Assembly (NCBI GenBank): GCA_002728755.1
Contig: PBVT01000008.1
Location: 5,189 to 69,188 of the forward strand
Direction: 5' to 3'
DNA length: 64,000 bases
Source: Myxococcales bacterium
Lineage (GTDB): Bacteria; Myxococcota_A; UBA9042; UBA3505
Positions 9,858-20,123 of the stretch are shown here, piece by piece. Both the position numbers and the translations under genes were made by a program. The notes below the pieces were generated by a model. That model was not told where the DNA came from and made no database searches. It worked only from the letters and a program-made list of their open reading frames with translations. Positions within the stretch are counted from its first letter, which is position 1. The number at the start of each line of letters is the position of its first letter.

Positions 9858-10657
9858 TGACCCCCATTCGCCCCCGCCCCAACCGCCGAACTATAGGCAG
9901 CGCCATCCTCGTGCTGTGCCTTCTTCCAGCCCTGCTCTCCAGTAGCTGCGTGACACCATCCGTAAGCGGTAAGAAAAAGTCCGCAGAAGAGAGTCCCGCC
10001 CAGTTCCATTATAAGATGGCAACTGGGCTGATCTACGAGAAGAAGGCCGTGGCCGCTCTGAAAGAGCTCGCAATCGGTCTGAACAAAGATCCCCATCACG
10101 CCCGCTCCCATTATCTATCCGGTTTCCTATACATGGGCCGGAAGAATTTCTCGGAATCCGTGGTTCACCTGAAACGAGCCCTGGAACTTGATCCCAAGCT
10201 CCTCGAAGCCCGTAACTCTCTGGCCGCCTCCTATATGGGGCTCAAGCGTTGGCAGGACGCACTCGACACATTGCTTCCACTCATTGAAGAACCATTGAAC
10301 CCCACGCCCTGGCTGGCCCATAACAATATCGGCTGGTGCTACTACAAGCTCGGCAACCACATCAAGTCCGTACAGCACCTGGAGATGGCCATCTTCCACA
10401 AGAAGAAGTTCTGTCTCGGCTATTATAATCTGGGATTGGTACTTAAAGCCCGTGGCCGTCTAGAGCATGCGCGCTTACGTCTCGAACAATCACGCAAGCT
10501 CTGCCCGCATCACGCCCAAACCCTGCTGGAACTGGGAGATGTCTACGAAGCCCTATCCCGAAACTCTGACGCCCAGAATGTCTATCGCAGCTGTCGCAAG
10601 ATCGCGGAAGGCACCCTCCTCGGTGAACGTTGCAAGACACGAGAGGGCAGCCTCTGA
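9854..10657 (+). CDS. TPR-repeat lipoprotein embedded in the dcw operon
   Basis: A signal peptide with lipobox LSSSC is followed by several TPR-like repeats. It overlaps ftsL by 4 nt (ATGA) and ftsI by 1 nt (TGATG). Confidence 0.6.
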   Translation: MMTPIRPRPNRRTIGSAILVLCLLPALLSSSCVTPSVSGKKKSAEESPAQFHYKMATGLIYEKKAVAALKELAIGLNKDPHHARSHYLSGFLYMGRKNFSESVVHLKRALELDPKLLEARNSLAASYMGLKRWQDALDTLLPLIEEPLNPTPWLAHNNIGWCYYKLGNHIKSVQHLEMAIFHKKKFCLGYYNLGLVLKARGRLEHARLRLEQSRKLCPHHAQTLLELGDVYEALSRNSDAQNVYRSCRKIAEGTLLGERCKTREGSL

Positions 10658-12756
10658 TGAGACGAAATCGCCAACGAAAGACTCCCAAGAAGAAAGCCGT
10701 ATTGGACGGCTTCCGTTGGAACCGGGCCTATGGGGTTTTGTTTCTAATTGGCGTGGGATTTTCCTTGCTCGGCCTGCGCGCCCTGCAAGTCCATATCTTT
10801 GAACGAGCTCAATTCAAGAAGCCGGCCGATCGAAACGCCCGAGGCGCCATGGTATTCGCCACACGTCGTGCAGACGTAACAGACCGTCATGGCGAAATGC
10901 TCGCTACGAGCATCAAATCCTGGGCTCTCGTCGCCAATCCCCAGAAAGTGACGGATCCCCGTTCTACAGCGCATCTTCTCGCTCCGATCCTCAGCATCGA
11001 CGAAAACAAATTAGTTCGAATCCTGCGCAAGAAGGGAACCTTCACATTCGTCGATCACCAAGTGTCGGATCAGGCTTATCTCGCAGTCACAGATCTGAAA
11101 CAAGACAAACGAACCAAGGATCTGATGAAGGGTCTTTGGTTCGACCCCGATTATAAGCGGGTCTATCCCAAGCGACACCTGGCTGCTCAGATCCTTGGTT
11201 GGACCTCTACCGACGATCGTGGATACACGGGGCTGGAATTAGGACTCGATCGCCAATTTGATAAGCAGATCATGGGTGAAAAGACGCGCGTTACCGCCCT
11301 TCGTACCGGATTAAAACGCGGACCAGGAGCCAGCAGTATTGCCCTTTTGAGTACGGTCCTTCCCATATTGCAATCGGAACCCTTGCAGGTCGAGACCACC
11401 ATCGACGCAGGACTCCAGGAAAAAGTGGAGCAGATTCTCGACAATACGGTTAGCACCAATTTCGCCCGCCGCGGTGCCGCCATCGTCTATGACGTACGAA
11501 CCGGCGAGATTTTGTCCTTCGCTCATGCCCCCCGCATTGACAACAACCATCGATTACAGGCTCCCAAGCCCCATCGGCTGCCCTGGGGTGCTATCGATGT
11601 CTTCGAGCCAGGCTCTGTCTTAAAGGTCTTCACCATTGCCGCCGCGTTGGAGTCCGAGGCCGTTACGCCAGAGACCATGATCGATACCCATGGCGGACAT
11701 CTGCGCATCGCCGACGCGCAGATCAGCGACCTGAAAAAGATGAAGCAGGCTTCTGTGCGCGACGTCCTGCGGTATTCGTCCAACGTCGGGACCGTTGAGA
11801 TTGCCCGGTCCACAGGCCAGGAACGTCTGCAGGAGATCCTTGTAAAGGCCGGCTTTGGTCAACCCACAGGCCTGCCCATCCCCTACGAAGCACCAGGTCT
11901 TGCCCAGCTATCGAGACGATGGGATCCCGTCACCTTCGCGAATATCGCCTTTGGTCAGGGAATTGCCGTATCCGCCATACAGCTTGTACGCGCCTTTGCT
12001 GCCTTTGGTAACGATGGCGACATGTTGGTTCCGCACCTTGTACGAACGGTTCGAGACCGTAAGGGTCAGGTCGTCTACGAAGCCCGCCGAACCATCGCTG
12101 AGCGCCTGGTATCACCCGAGACGGCACATACCATGCTCGATCTACTTGGCACTGTCGTCAGCAGCGGAGCCACTGGGCGAAGGGCCGCGATTCAGGACTG
12201 TCATGTGGGCGGTAAAACCGGTACCGGGCAGCAAATCGTAAAAGACCCCGAGACCGGCAAAAAGCAATATAGCTCCGAAGCTGAGTTTGCGAGCTTCGTC
12301 GGTTTCGTTCCCATCGAGAAACCCGAGATTGCGATCTATGTTGTTATTGACCGTCCCATCGGTGAACAGGGGGGCGGTGCTGTCGCGGCACCAGCCTTCG
12401 CAAAAATCGCAGATACCTGCCTGGATCTTCTGGGGCTTCGTCCCTGTGAAACGGCCGGAACCTCGGTTCCCTATCGAACCAACGTTCCTCCCAAGATCGT
12501 GGTACGGAGCAACACGCCCGTCGCGGAACAGACAACGGCGCCCCCTATTCCAGGAACGATTGTTGTCCCCGATGTGCGTGGCCAGAGTCTGCCCAAAGCG
12601 GCGGAGCTATTGGGCTATGAAGGGCTCCATGTTCGAATCATAGGAACGGGCGTTGTTCATGAGCAACGACCTGGAGCCGGAACCGTTGTATCGGAAGGAA
12701 CTCCGATTCAAGTATTCGCCGCTCTACAAGCAGAGGGGATTCGTGCGCTTGAGTGA
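10657..12756 (+). CDS. ftsI: peptidoglycan D,D-transpeptidase FtsI (PBP3) with C-terminal PASTA domain
   Basis: An N-terminal TM helix, a PBP dimerisation domain and a transpeptidase domain are followed by a C-terminal PASTA domain. The ATG at 10657 overlaps the upstream stop (TGATG); the ORF track start at 10630 is an alternative. Confidence 0.85.
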   Translation: MRRNRQRKTPKKKAVLDGFRWNRAYGVLFLIGVGFSLLGLRALQVHIFERAQFKKPADRNARGAMVFATRRADVTDRHGEMLATSIKSWALVANPQKVTDPRSTAHLLAPILSIDENKLVRILRKKGTFTFVDHQVSDQAYLAVTDLKQDKRTKDLMKGLWFDPDYKRVYPKRHLAAQILGWTSTDDRGYTGLELGLDRQFDKQIMGEKTRVTALRTGLKRGPGASSIALLSTVLPILQSEPLQVETTIDAGLQEKVEQILDNTVSTNFARRGAAIVYDVRTGEILSFAHAPRIDNNHRLQAPKPHRLPWGAIDVFEPGSVLKVFTIAAALESEAVTPETMIDTHGGHLRIADAQISDLKKMKQASVRDVLRYSSNVGTVEIARSTGQERLQEILVKAGFGQPTGLPIPYEAPGLAQLSRRWDPVTFANIAFGQGIAVSAIQLVRAFAAFGNDGDMLVPHLVRTVRDRKGQVVYEARRTIAERLVSPETAHTMLDLLGTVVSSGATGRRAAIQDCHVGGKTGTGQQIVKDPETGKKQYSSEAEFASFVGFVPIEKPEIAIYVVIDRPIGEQGGGAVAAPAFAKIADTCLDLLGLRPCETAGTSVPYRTNVPPKIVVRSNTPVAEQTTAPPIPGTIVVPDVRGQSLPKAAELLGYEGLHVRIIGTGVVHEQRPGAGTVVSEGTPIQVFAALQAEGIRALE

Positions 12757-14287
12757 TCTTCATACAACGACAGCCGCCTCAGCCCAATGGACTGACGCAG
12801 GCACAGACCCGGACATTACAGCCGTGACGATAGATTCTCGTAAAGCGGTCCCCGGCAGTCTGTTTGTCGCTCTGAAGGGAGCCAAGCATGATGGACACGA
12901 TTACCTGTTGGCCGCCGAAAAAACGGGCTGTTCTGCCGTACTTGTCTCCGATACGGAAAAGTCCCAAGAACTGTCCATACCGGTGCTCGTGCATCCCTCT
13001 CCCAGAAAGTTGATCGGACCCATCGCTGCAAAACTACAGAACGACCCTTCTGAGTCGATTGCAGTGGTAGGCATTACGGGCACGAACGGAAAAACAACGA
13101 CGGTAGAGATTCTGGCGGCAGTCGAACGCGCCCAAGGGCAGCAGGTCGGCACCCTGGGAACTCTTGGAGCACAAATCGGGGAGAAAAAGCTGAGTACGGG
13201 TTTCACAACCCCGGAGGCACCAGAGCTGCAACAGCTTCTGGCTACCATCCGGGACGACGGCTGTAGCCGTGCATTGATGGAGGTCTCATCCCATGGAATC
13301 GCTTCCCATCGAATCGATGGAGTGTCCTTCCGTGTAGGAGCCTTTACCAACCTGTCGCAGGACCATCTCGACTTCCATGGAACAATGGAAGCCTATGCCG
13401 AATCCAAAGCCCGCCTTTTCCTCGAACATCTACCCGCCTCCAAGGACTGCAACGGTGCCGTAATCAATATCGACGATCCCTTCGGTGAGGATCTGGTACA
13501 ACGCCTCAAGAGCACCAATGTTGAGGTGTTCCCCGTGAGCCGTAAAGGACATCCGGGCGCGAGAGGAACCGTAGAGAACGTTACGATGGACACCCATGGT
13601 GTTTCCGGTTCCTTATGCCTCGATGATCGCCAGATCGAATTCACCACGCCGCTTCTCGGAGATCATAATCTAGAAAACATTCTGGTCGCCGCTGGCTGTG
13701 CCGCACTCCTGGGAACGGACGACTCCGCGATCGCAGCTGGGCTCGCAAGTATCCCCTCCGTACGGGGGCGCCTTGAACCGCTGATCAACGATAAGGGTGT
13801 CCACGTCATCGTTGATTATGCCCACACTCCGCAAGCGCTGGAGCGAACCCTTCGCACCCTCCGCTCCATCTCCAAGAACCGCGTTATCTGCGTCTTTGGC
13901 TGCGGTGGTGACCGCGATCAGGCCAAACGCCCCCATATGGGACAGGCGGCAGCATCTGGTGCCGATGTCGTAGTTGTCACCTCCGACAACCCACGATCCG
14001 AAGATCCCCAAGCCATCGCGTCGCAGATCGAAGCCGGAATTCTCCAGGCCGACTGTCCGACCTATACGGAACAGACCGGCGGCTATCTGGTAGAGCTGGA
14101 TCGAGCCCAGGCAATACGAAAAGCCATCGCCCTCGCGCGAACCGACGACGTCGTATTGATCGCGGGCAAAGGGCACGAAGAGACGCAGGTTATCGGCGAT
14201 CAAGTCCGGGTGTTCTCCGACCACACCGTAGCCCAGTCCATCCTCGATGAGCTGGGCTCCTCTGCACCGGGAGGTGACACGCCATGA
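12743..14287 (+). CDS. murE: UDP-N-acetylmuramoyl-L-alanyl-D-glutamate--2,6-diaminopimelate ligase MurE
   Basis: Mur ligase architecture with TIDSRK..GSLFVAL, a GITGTNGKTT P-loop and DNPR. GTG at 12743 gives spacing to the IDSR motif that matches E. coli MurE. The ORF track start at 12653 would overlap ftsI by 104 nt. Confidence 0.8.
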   Translation: MRLSDLHTTTAASAQWTDAGTDPDITAVTIDSRKAVPGSLFVALKGAKHDGHDYLLAAEKTGCSAVLVSDTEKSQELSIPVLVHPSPRKLIGPIAAKLQNDPSESIAVVGITGTNGKTTTVEILAAVERAQGQQVGTLGTLGAQIGEKKLSTGFTTPEAPELQQLLATIRDDGCSRALMEVSSHGIASHRIDGVSFRVGAFTNLSQDHLDFHGTMEAYAESKARLFLEHLPASKDCNGAVINIDDPFGEDLVQRLKSTNVEVFPVSRKGHPGARGTVENVTMDTHGVSGSLCLDDRQIEFTTPLLGDHNLENILVAAGCAALLGTDDSAIAAGLASIPSVRGRLEPLINDKGVHVIVDYAHTPQALERTLRTLRSISKNRVICVFGCGGDRDQAKRPHMGQAAASGADVVVVTSDNPRSEDPQAIASQIEAGILQADCPTYTEQTGGYLVELDRAQAIRKAIALARTDDVVLIAGKGHEETQVIGDQVRVFSDHTVAQSILDELGSSAPGGDTP

Positions 14288-15726
14288 TGCCAGCGTTCGT
14301 GTCACCCCATCTTCCCGAGACCACCGGATTCTCTGTCGGTTGGATCGCCGACGCGGTCGGCGGAAGAATCGTACGCGGAAGCCCAAATGACATGGCGATC
14401 GGAGTACAGACGGATACCCGTAAACCCTTAGAGGACACTCTGTTCTGCGCCCTGCGTGGACCCAACCACGACGCCCATAATTATCTGGCGCAGGCCACTG
14501 CCGCGGCTGGCTTCCTTGTAGACGAACCAGGCCTCGCAAAATACGAGCTGCCGGTCGGCAAGAACTTCGTCATCGCCGTGCCCGATACAACCGAGGCTCT
14601 ACTCGATCTGGCGCGGGCGTATCTGAAGAAAATGAACCCCCGTGTTGTCGCTGTAACCGGTAGCGCCGGAAAAACAACGACCAAAGATCTGATTGCGACA
14701 CTCCTCTCCGGACAACGGGTGCACGCCACGATTGGTAACTTCAACAACCGTATTGGCCTACCGTTGAGCATCTTGTCCGCCCCACCGGACACCGAATTTT
14801 TCGTTGCAGAGCTCGGTATCAGCGAGCCCGGGGAAATGGACGAACTCGCCGAATTGGTCACACCCGAGGTTTCGATACTGACCCATGTGGCTGCGGCCCA
14901 TCTGGAAGGCCTCAAGTCGGTCGACATCATCGTACGAGAGAAAGGACGCATCTTCGCCCATATGCAAAGCGACTGTCCGACGACGGCCATTATCCCCGTG
15001 GATCTGCCGGCCGCAGGACATACCTATGCAGCCCAGGCCTCCAGGATCTGGCAGTTCACCTCTCCCGGAACCGAAGAGACCGGTGAAGCCTATGCAGACT
15101 CCCTCCAATGGAATGGTCGCGCGTATACGGGACAGGTACGAATCGGTACCGACACCATCGATGTTACGCTACCCCTACCTGGCCTTCATAACGTTAAGAA
15201 CCTTCTCGCGGCATTGCTCGCAGTCCGAGCCCTGGGAATCGAACCGAACCTCGAGGCCCTGGAAAGTTTTCTTCCCAGCGGACACCGCTCCCAACTCGTC
15301 GAGCTGGGACCAATCCGCATTCTCGATGATTGCTATAACGCCAACCCGGATTCGGTGATCGCCGCCCTCGAAACAGCCATTGCGATCGCTCGACCAGGAC
15401 AGGCACATGCGGTCCTGGGCTCCATGCTCGAACTGGGTGACGCCTCGGAAAGCCTTCATTCCGATGTAGGCTCGAAGGCCGCCGAACTTGGTATCGCATC
15501 CCTGGTGGGCTTTCGTACGTTCGGTGAGCACACCATCGAAGGTGCAAAGTCCACCAATGCGAACCTGGCGACCCTGATCAGCTCCGACCCCAGCCAGTCC
15601 GCTCTCTTCGCCATAAAACAAGCTGCCCCTGGCGATGTGATTCTTCTCAAAGGGTCGCGCGGTAGCCGCACCGAAGAAGTGCTCGAAGCCTGCTCTTCAA
15701 TTCTCAACCCGGCGCAGGAGGATTGA
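14284..15726 (+). CDS. murF: UDP-N-acetylmuramoyl-tripeptide--D-alanyl-D-alanine ligase MurF
   Basis: A Mur ligase fold with a GSAGKTTT P-loop. It overlaps murE by 4 nt. Confidence 0.85.
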   Translation: MMPAFVSPHLPETTGFSVGWIADAVGGRIVRGSPNDMAIGVQTDTRKPLEDTLFCALRGPNHDAHNYLAQATAAAGFLVDEPGLAKYELPVGKNFVIAVPDTTEALLDLARAYLKKMNPRVVAVTGSAGKTTTKDLIATLLSGQRVHATIGNFNNRIGLPLSILSAPPDTEFFVAELGISEPGEMDELAELVTPEVSILTHVAAAHLEGLKSVDIIVREKGRIFAHMQSDCPTTAIIPVDLPAAGHTYAAQASRIWQFTSPGTEETGEAYADSLQWNGRAYTGQVRIGTDTIDVTLPLPGLHNVKNLLAALLAVRALGIEPNLEALESFLPSGHRSQLVELGPIRILDDCYNANPDSVIAALETAIAIARPGQAHAVLGSMLELGDASESLHSDVGSKAAELGIASLVGFRTFGEHTIEGAKSTNANLATLISSDPSQSALFAIKQAAPGDVILLKGSRGSRTEEVLEACSSILNPAQED

Positions 15727-16871
15727 CGATGTTTTTATGGCTACAAGAGGCATTCCAATCCGATTTCAGCCCGTTCCGTGTCTTTGGCTTCGTAACATTC
15801 CGTACCCTCGGCGCCCTGCTGACCGCGTTGCTATTTACCATCTTCCTATACCCCCGATTCATCCGTTCGCTTCAGTCTCGACAGATCGGAGAGTCCATCC
15901 GCGATGACGGACCCGAGCGACACCAACAGAAGCAGGGAACACCCACCATGGGGGGACTGCTCATCCTCATCGCCGTACTTCTCTCTGTGCTTCTCTGGGC
16001 CGACCTCGAAAACCCATTCGTTCTTTGCACAACCACCCTCTTCGTAGCCTTTGGCTTCGTCGGCTTCTTCGATGATTACGCCAAGCTCGCAGGAAATAAG
16101 AAGGGGCTACCAGGCAAACTACGGTTAATCATTGAATTCGCGGTGACCGGTTGCGTGCTCGCTCTCTTCCTCGAACACTCCGCCGGCCCCAATACCACGA
16201 CACTTTACATCCCCTTCGTTAGCAACGCCGATTACTCGCTGAACCTCAATAATTGGGTCTATGGCTTTTTTGCGTCCGTAATTATCGTAGGAACAGCCAA
16301 CGCGGTGAACCTGACAGATGGGCTGGACGGTCTGGCGATTGGACCGACCATCGTATCTTCCGGGACCTTCCTGATTCTGGCCTATGCGACCTCATCCGGC
16401 CTTATTCTTTGCACCAATTGGGACGAAGGGTTGAATTCCTGTTCGCAGTTCAAATCCCTGGGCGAATATTTGATGATTCCCCATGTGGGTGGCGTGGAGG
16501 AATTGACCGTATTCGCAGCCGCTCTGATGGGCGCTGGTGTCGGGTTCCTATGGTACAACACCTTCCCTGCCAGCATCTTCATGGGTGATGTCGGAGCCCT
16601 ATCGGTCGGCGCGGCTCTTGGAACCCTCGCAGTGCTCACCAAGAACGAACTTCTGTCCGCGATCATTCACGGGCTCTTCCTGCTCGAAGCAGTGAGCGTC
16701 ATCGTACAAACGACGTCCTACAAACTCACCGGAAAACGCGTCTTCCGAATGGCCCCCATTCATCATCATTTTGAGATGAAGGGCTGGGCCGAGCCCAAGA
16801 TCATCGTCCGTTTCTGGGTTATCAGCATCCTACTCGCGCTGGTTGCCCTCGCCTCGCTCAAACTCCGCTAA
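15723..16871 (+). CDS. mraY: phospho-N-acetylmuramoyl-pentapeptide-transferase MraY
   Basis: A polytopic membrane protein with TMGGLLIL and the conserved HHHFE motif. It overlaps murF by 4 nt. Confidence 0.9.
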   Translation: MTMFLWLQEAFQSDFSPFRVFGFVTFRTLGALLTALLFTIFLYPRFIRSLQSRQIGESIRDDGPERHQQKQGTPTMGGLLILIAVLLSVLLWADLENPFVLCTTTLFVAFGFVGFFDDYAKLAGNKKGLPGKLRLIIEFAVTGCVLALFLEHSAGPNTTTLYIPFVSNADYSLNLNNWVYGFFASVIIVGTANAVNLTDGLDGLAIGPTIVSSGTFLILAYATSSGLILCTNWDEGLNSCSQFKSLGEYLMIPHVGGVEELTVFAAALMGAGVGFLWYNTFPASIFMGDVGALSVGAALGTLAVLTKNELLSAIIHGLFLLEAVSVIVQTTSYKLTGKRVFRMAPIHHHFEMKGWAEPKIIVRFWVISILLALVALASLKLR

Positions 16872-16873
16872 TC

Positions 16874-18082
16874 ATGACCACACGCCACGCCAAAATCGTC
16901 ACTCGCCCCAAGGCCCTGAATGTTCGGCCGGTCGATCCAGTACTGCTCGGCTCGGCTCTATTATTGATGGCGATTGGTCTGGTCATGGTCTACAGCGCGT
17001 CGGTACATGCAGCCACGGTGAAACAGGGCAGCGGTAGCTTTTATCTAACCCGAAGCCTGGTGTACGTCGTTCTTGGTCTGGCGACGATGTGGGTCACTTC
17101 CCGTATTCCATACCAGAAGATTCAGGCCGCCGTTCCTCTCCTGATTCTACTCTCCGTGCTGCTGATGGTGCTGATCCCGTTCTTTGGCTTTACCGCTGGC
17201 CGCTCTCGGCGATGGTTCAACCTTGGCTTTGTTATGTTCCAGCCCTCGGAGTTCGCCAAGCTCGCTCTTGTCATCTATATGGCCCATATCGCGCACGCCA
17301 AAAGACAAACCCTGGCCTCCCTTACCCGTGGGTATCTTCCCCCTTTGATGGTCGCGGGCGTGCTGATGGTTACCGCCCTTATGCAGCCCGACTTTGGTTC
17401 GGCGGTCATCTTTGGTGTCCTGGTGGTGACGATGCTCTTCGTCGCCGGTACTCGACTCGCATACGTAGCCTTAACCTTCCTGATCGCCGTCCCCACGATC
17501 CTCCACATGATTCTGCACAATACCATGCGCTGGAAGCGGTTCACGGCCTTTCTCGACCCATCCGCACACCAGCATGATGCCGGTTTTCAGACGGTGAATA
17601 GCCTCGCCGCCATCGCCAACGGTGGCATCGACGGTATCGGCTTGGGAGCTGGTCAACAAAAGGTCGGCTATATCCCAGAAGCGCAAACCGACTTTATTGT
17701 CAGTGTCATCGGGGAAGAGCTCGGCCTCATTGGCATCGCAATCATTCTAATACTCTACGCCATCGTATTCATTCGCGGACTCAAAATTGCGCGTAATGCA
17801 CCCGATTCCTTTGGCCAGGCTCTCGGCTTCGGGATCGTTCTTCTTCTGGCGATTCAAGTCTTTATCAACTTTGGTGTGGCCTACGGCATGCTCCCCACGA
17901 AGGGTTTAACTCTCCCCTTAATCTCGTACGGTGGCACAAGCATGATTATGACCAGTATCGCCATCGGTATTCTCCTGCATCTGTCTCGAGCGCAAGACGA
18001 CCATCGCGGTAAATTCTCACGCTCAGCGGTGGAAAACCGTGGTGCTGTCCCGCTAGATCTTGCTGGAGGTACGGCGTCATGA
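16874..18082 (+). CDS. ftsW: SEDS-family peptidoglycan glycosyltransferase FtsW
   Basis: The FtsW/RodA fold with about 10 TM segments. It follows mraY directly with no murD in between. Confidence 0.85.
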   Translation: MTTRHAKIVTRPKALNVRPVDPVLLGSALLLMAIGLVMVYSASVHAATVKQGSGSFYLTRSLVYVVLGLATMWVTSRIPYQKIQAAVPLLILLSVLLMVLIPFFGFTAGRSRRWFNLGFVMFQPSEFAKLALVIYMAHIAHAKRQTLASLTRGYLPPLMVAGVLMVTALMQPDFGSAVIFGVLVVTMLFVAGTRLAYVALTFLIAVPTILHMILHNTMRWKRFTAFLDPSAHQHDAGFQTVNSLAAIANGGIDGIGLGAGQQKVGYIPEAQTDFIVSVIGEELGLIGIAIILILYAIVFIRGLKIARNAPDSFGQALGFGIVLLLAIQVFINFGVAYGMLPTKGLTLPLISYGGTSMIMTSIAIGILLHLSRAQDDHRGKFSRSAVENRGAVPLDLAGGTAS

Positions 18083-19182
18083 GCCAGCAGGGCACCATAG
18101 TGTTAACCGGTGGCGGAACCGGGGGCCACATTATGCCCGCTCTGGCTGTCGCCGCAGCCTTACGTTCGCAGGCCCCAGACGTCGAGCTGCATTATGTGGG
18201 AACCCGTGGAGGAATGGAGGAAAGTTTCGCCAGAGATCATGGTATCGAGTTCCATGGGCTCAAGCTCTATCCCTTCTTCGGCAAACCAGTACTTACCAAG
18301 ATACGGGCACTCGCCACTCTCCCGGGCTCCCTCTTCTCCGCATATCGCTTATTGAAGAGACTTCGAGCCGAGGTGGCAGTGGCCTTTGGAGGTTATGTCT
18401 CCGCGGCGGTCGGCGTCGTAGCACCACGCATGGGGATTCCCCTCTTTGTACAAGAGCAAAACGCTATCCCCGGTCGTACTACGCGGATGTTGTCCAAGCG
18501 CTCTCGACTCGTATGTGCAGGTCTACCGGCTGTCGCAACACATCTCCCCAACGCTGATGTACACGTAACAGGGAATCCGGTTCGCCCAGACATCGAGGCG
18601 GTCGGTGCCGAAGAGAGACCAGCCTTGAGCCCACTCCGTCTCTTAATCATGGGAGGCTCGCAAGGCGCAGCATTCTTAAATGAAAATGGTCCCGCCATTG
18701 CCGCCCTTCTCGCCTCGCGAGGATACGAGTTACAGGTACATCATCAAATCGGTCGCGGAAACCTCGATGAGGTCCAGGCCGCCTATAAGAACATCGCCAT
18801 CGAGGCTCATGTCGAACCATTCATTGATGATATGGCGGCGGCCTACCGTAACTGTCATATCGCGCTGGCTCGCTCTGGAGCGCTCTCCGTATCCGAACTG
18901 TGGACATCGGCAACCCCCGCGGTGTTCGTGCCCTTCCCCTATGCCGTCGATGACCACCAGACCCATAACGCTGCCTCGATGGTAGAGACGGGGGCTGCAG
19001 CGGTCATTCAACAGCGTGAATGTTCCGTCGAAGCGCTCTGTGATGCCCTGGAGTCCCATTGCACATCGGCCGCGATCTATGCCGAGCGCCGACAAGCGTT
19101 ACGAGATAGTGCACCGCATCGTGCCGCCGAGGAATGTGCCCGTCAGATTCTTCGTGCTCTCCCCCAGAGAGGTGAGGCATGA
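18079..19182 (+). CDS. murG: undecaprenyldiphospho-muramoylpentapeptide beta-N-acetylglucosaminyltransferase MurG
   Basis: The N-terminus GGGTGGHIMPALAVA is the typical MurG signature. It overlaps ftsW by 4 nt. Confidence 0.9.
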   Translation: MSQQGTIVLTGGGTGGHIMPALAVAAALRSQAPDVELHYVGTRGGMEESFARDHGIEFHGLKLYPFFGKPVLTKIRALATLPGSLFSAYRLLKRLRAEVAVAFGGYVSAAVGVVAPRMGIPLFVQEQNAIPGRTTRMLSKRSRLVCAGLPAVATHLPNADVHVTGNPVRPDIEAVGAEERPALSPLRLLIMGGSQGAAFLNENGPAIAALLASRGYELQVHHQIGRGNLDEVQAAYKNIAIEAHVEPFIDDMAAAYRNCHIALARSGALSVSELWTSATPAVFVPFPYAVDDHQTHNAASMVETGAAAVIQQRECSVEALCDALESHCTSAAIYAERRQALRDSAPHRAAEECARQILRALPQRGEA

Positions 19183-20123
19183 CGTCTCGAGACTGGAACA
19201 AACTCGGTGAAGACCTCACCACGCAGACCGATGGAAATGTTTGGGCCAATGAGCCCATGTCGAAACATACCTCATGGCGAACAGGTGGTCCGGTTCGTGC
19301 TTTCGTAGAACCCAAAACTGCCGAAGGGTTCGAATCGGCTCTTTCCTGGGTACGAGAGCAGAATATCGACCATATCGTCCTTGGAGCCGGCTCCAACGTC
19401 TTATGGGCCGACCAACCGTACGCGGGCGTTGTTCTTCATACCGAGACCGCATTAGACGACCTCGTATTTCTTTCCGATGACACAATGAAGGCTGGAGCCG
19501 GGGTTCGACTGAATCGGATTCTAACACACGCCATGGATAAGAATCTGGGCGGCTTTTCGTTCATGTATGGAATACCTGGCACCGTGGGCGGCGCAGTGCG
19601 CATGAACGCCGGTACAAGCATTGGTAGTATGGCGGACGTTCTTATCGACGCTCTCGTCATGGATGGCACCGGCAATTCCAGTTGGATCGAGAAAGCAGAG
19701 TTAGAGCTGGAATATCGGTCGAGTAATCTGGGCCCGGACGATGTCGTGCTGGAGGCCCGTCTCCAATCCAATGGGCCGTTCAGCGACGAAGAAAAATCCG
19801 CCCTGAAGAAGGCAAAAGAATACCGACGTGCAACACAACCTCTGCAGTTCCCGAGTGGTGGAAGTGTCTTCAAAAACCCACCTGGTCATAAAGCTGGTGC
19901 TCTAATTGAACAAGCGCAGCTGAAGGGGCGACGCGTCGGCGGCGCCGAGGTGAGCTCTCTCCACGCCAACTTCATCATTCAGGACGGAAGCGGTACCAGC
20001 GATGACATCCGCCAATTGATCCGAGAAGTACAGGCGGAAGTCTTCCGGGTTCACGAGGTCTGGCTCGAACCAGAAGTGCAATTCCTGGGCCCCTGGTCGA
20101 AGGAGGACACGGATGGGACGTAA
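19179..20123 (+). CDS. murB: UDP-N-acetylenolpyruvoylglucosamine reductase MurB
   Basis: An FAD-binding PCMH domain is followed by a MurB C-terminal domain. It follows murG directly with no murC in between. Confidence 0.85.
   Translation: MTSRDWNKLGEDLTTQTDGNVWANEPMSKHTSWRTGGPVRAFVEPKTAEGFESALSWVREQNIDHIVLGAGSNVLWADQPYAGVVLHTETALDDLVFLSDDTMKAGAGVRLNRILTHAMDKNLGGFSFMYGIPGTVGGAVRMNAGTSIGSMADVLIDALVMDGTGNSSWIEKAELELEYRSSNLGPDDVVLEARLQSNGPFSDEEKSALKKAKEYRRATQPLQFPSGGSVFKNPPGHKAGALIEQAQLKGRRVGGAEVSSLHANFIIQDGSGTSDDIRQLIREVQAEVFRVHEVWLEPEVQFLGPWSKEDTDGT

Noticed and set aside
12653-12742. Extended MurE N-terminus (MFMSNDLEPEP...) overlapping ftsI by 104 nt
   Set aside because: GTG at 12743 reproduces the canonical approximately 27-aa spacing before the IDSR motif and gives a typical short coupling overlap. 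The longer form would be unusual.
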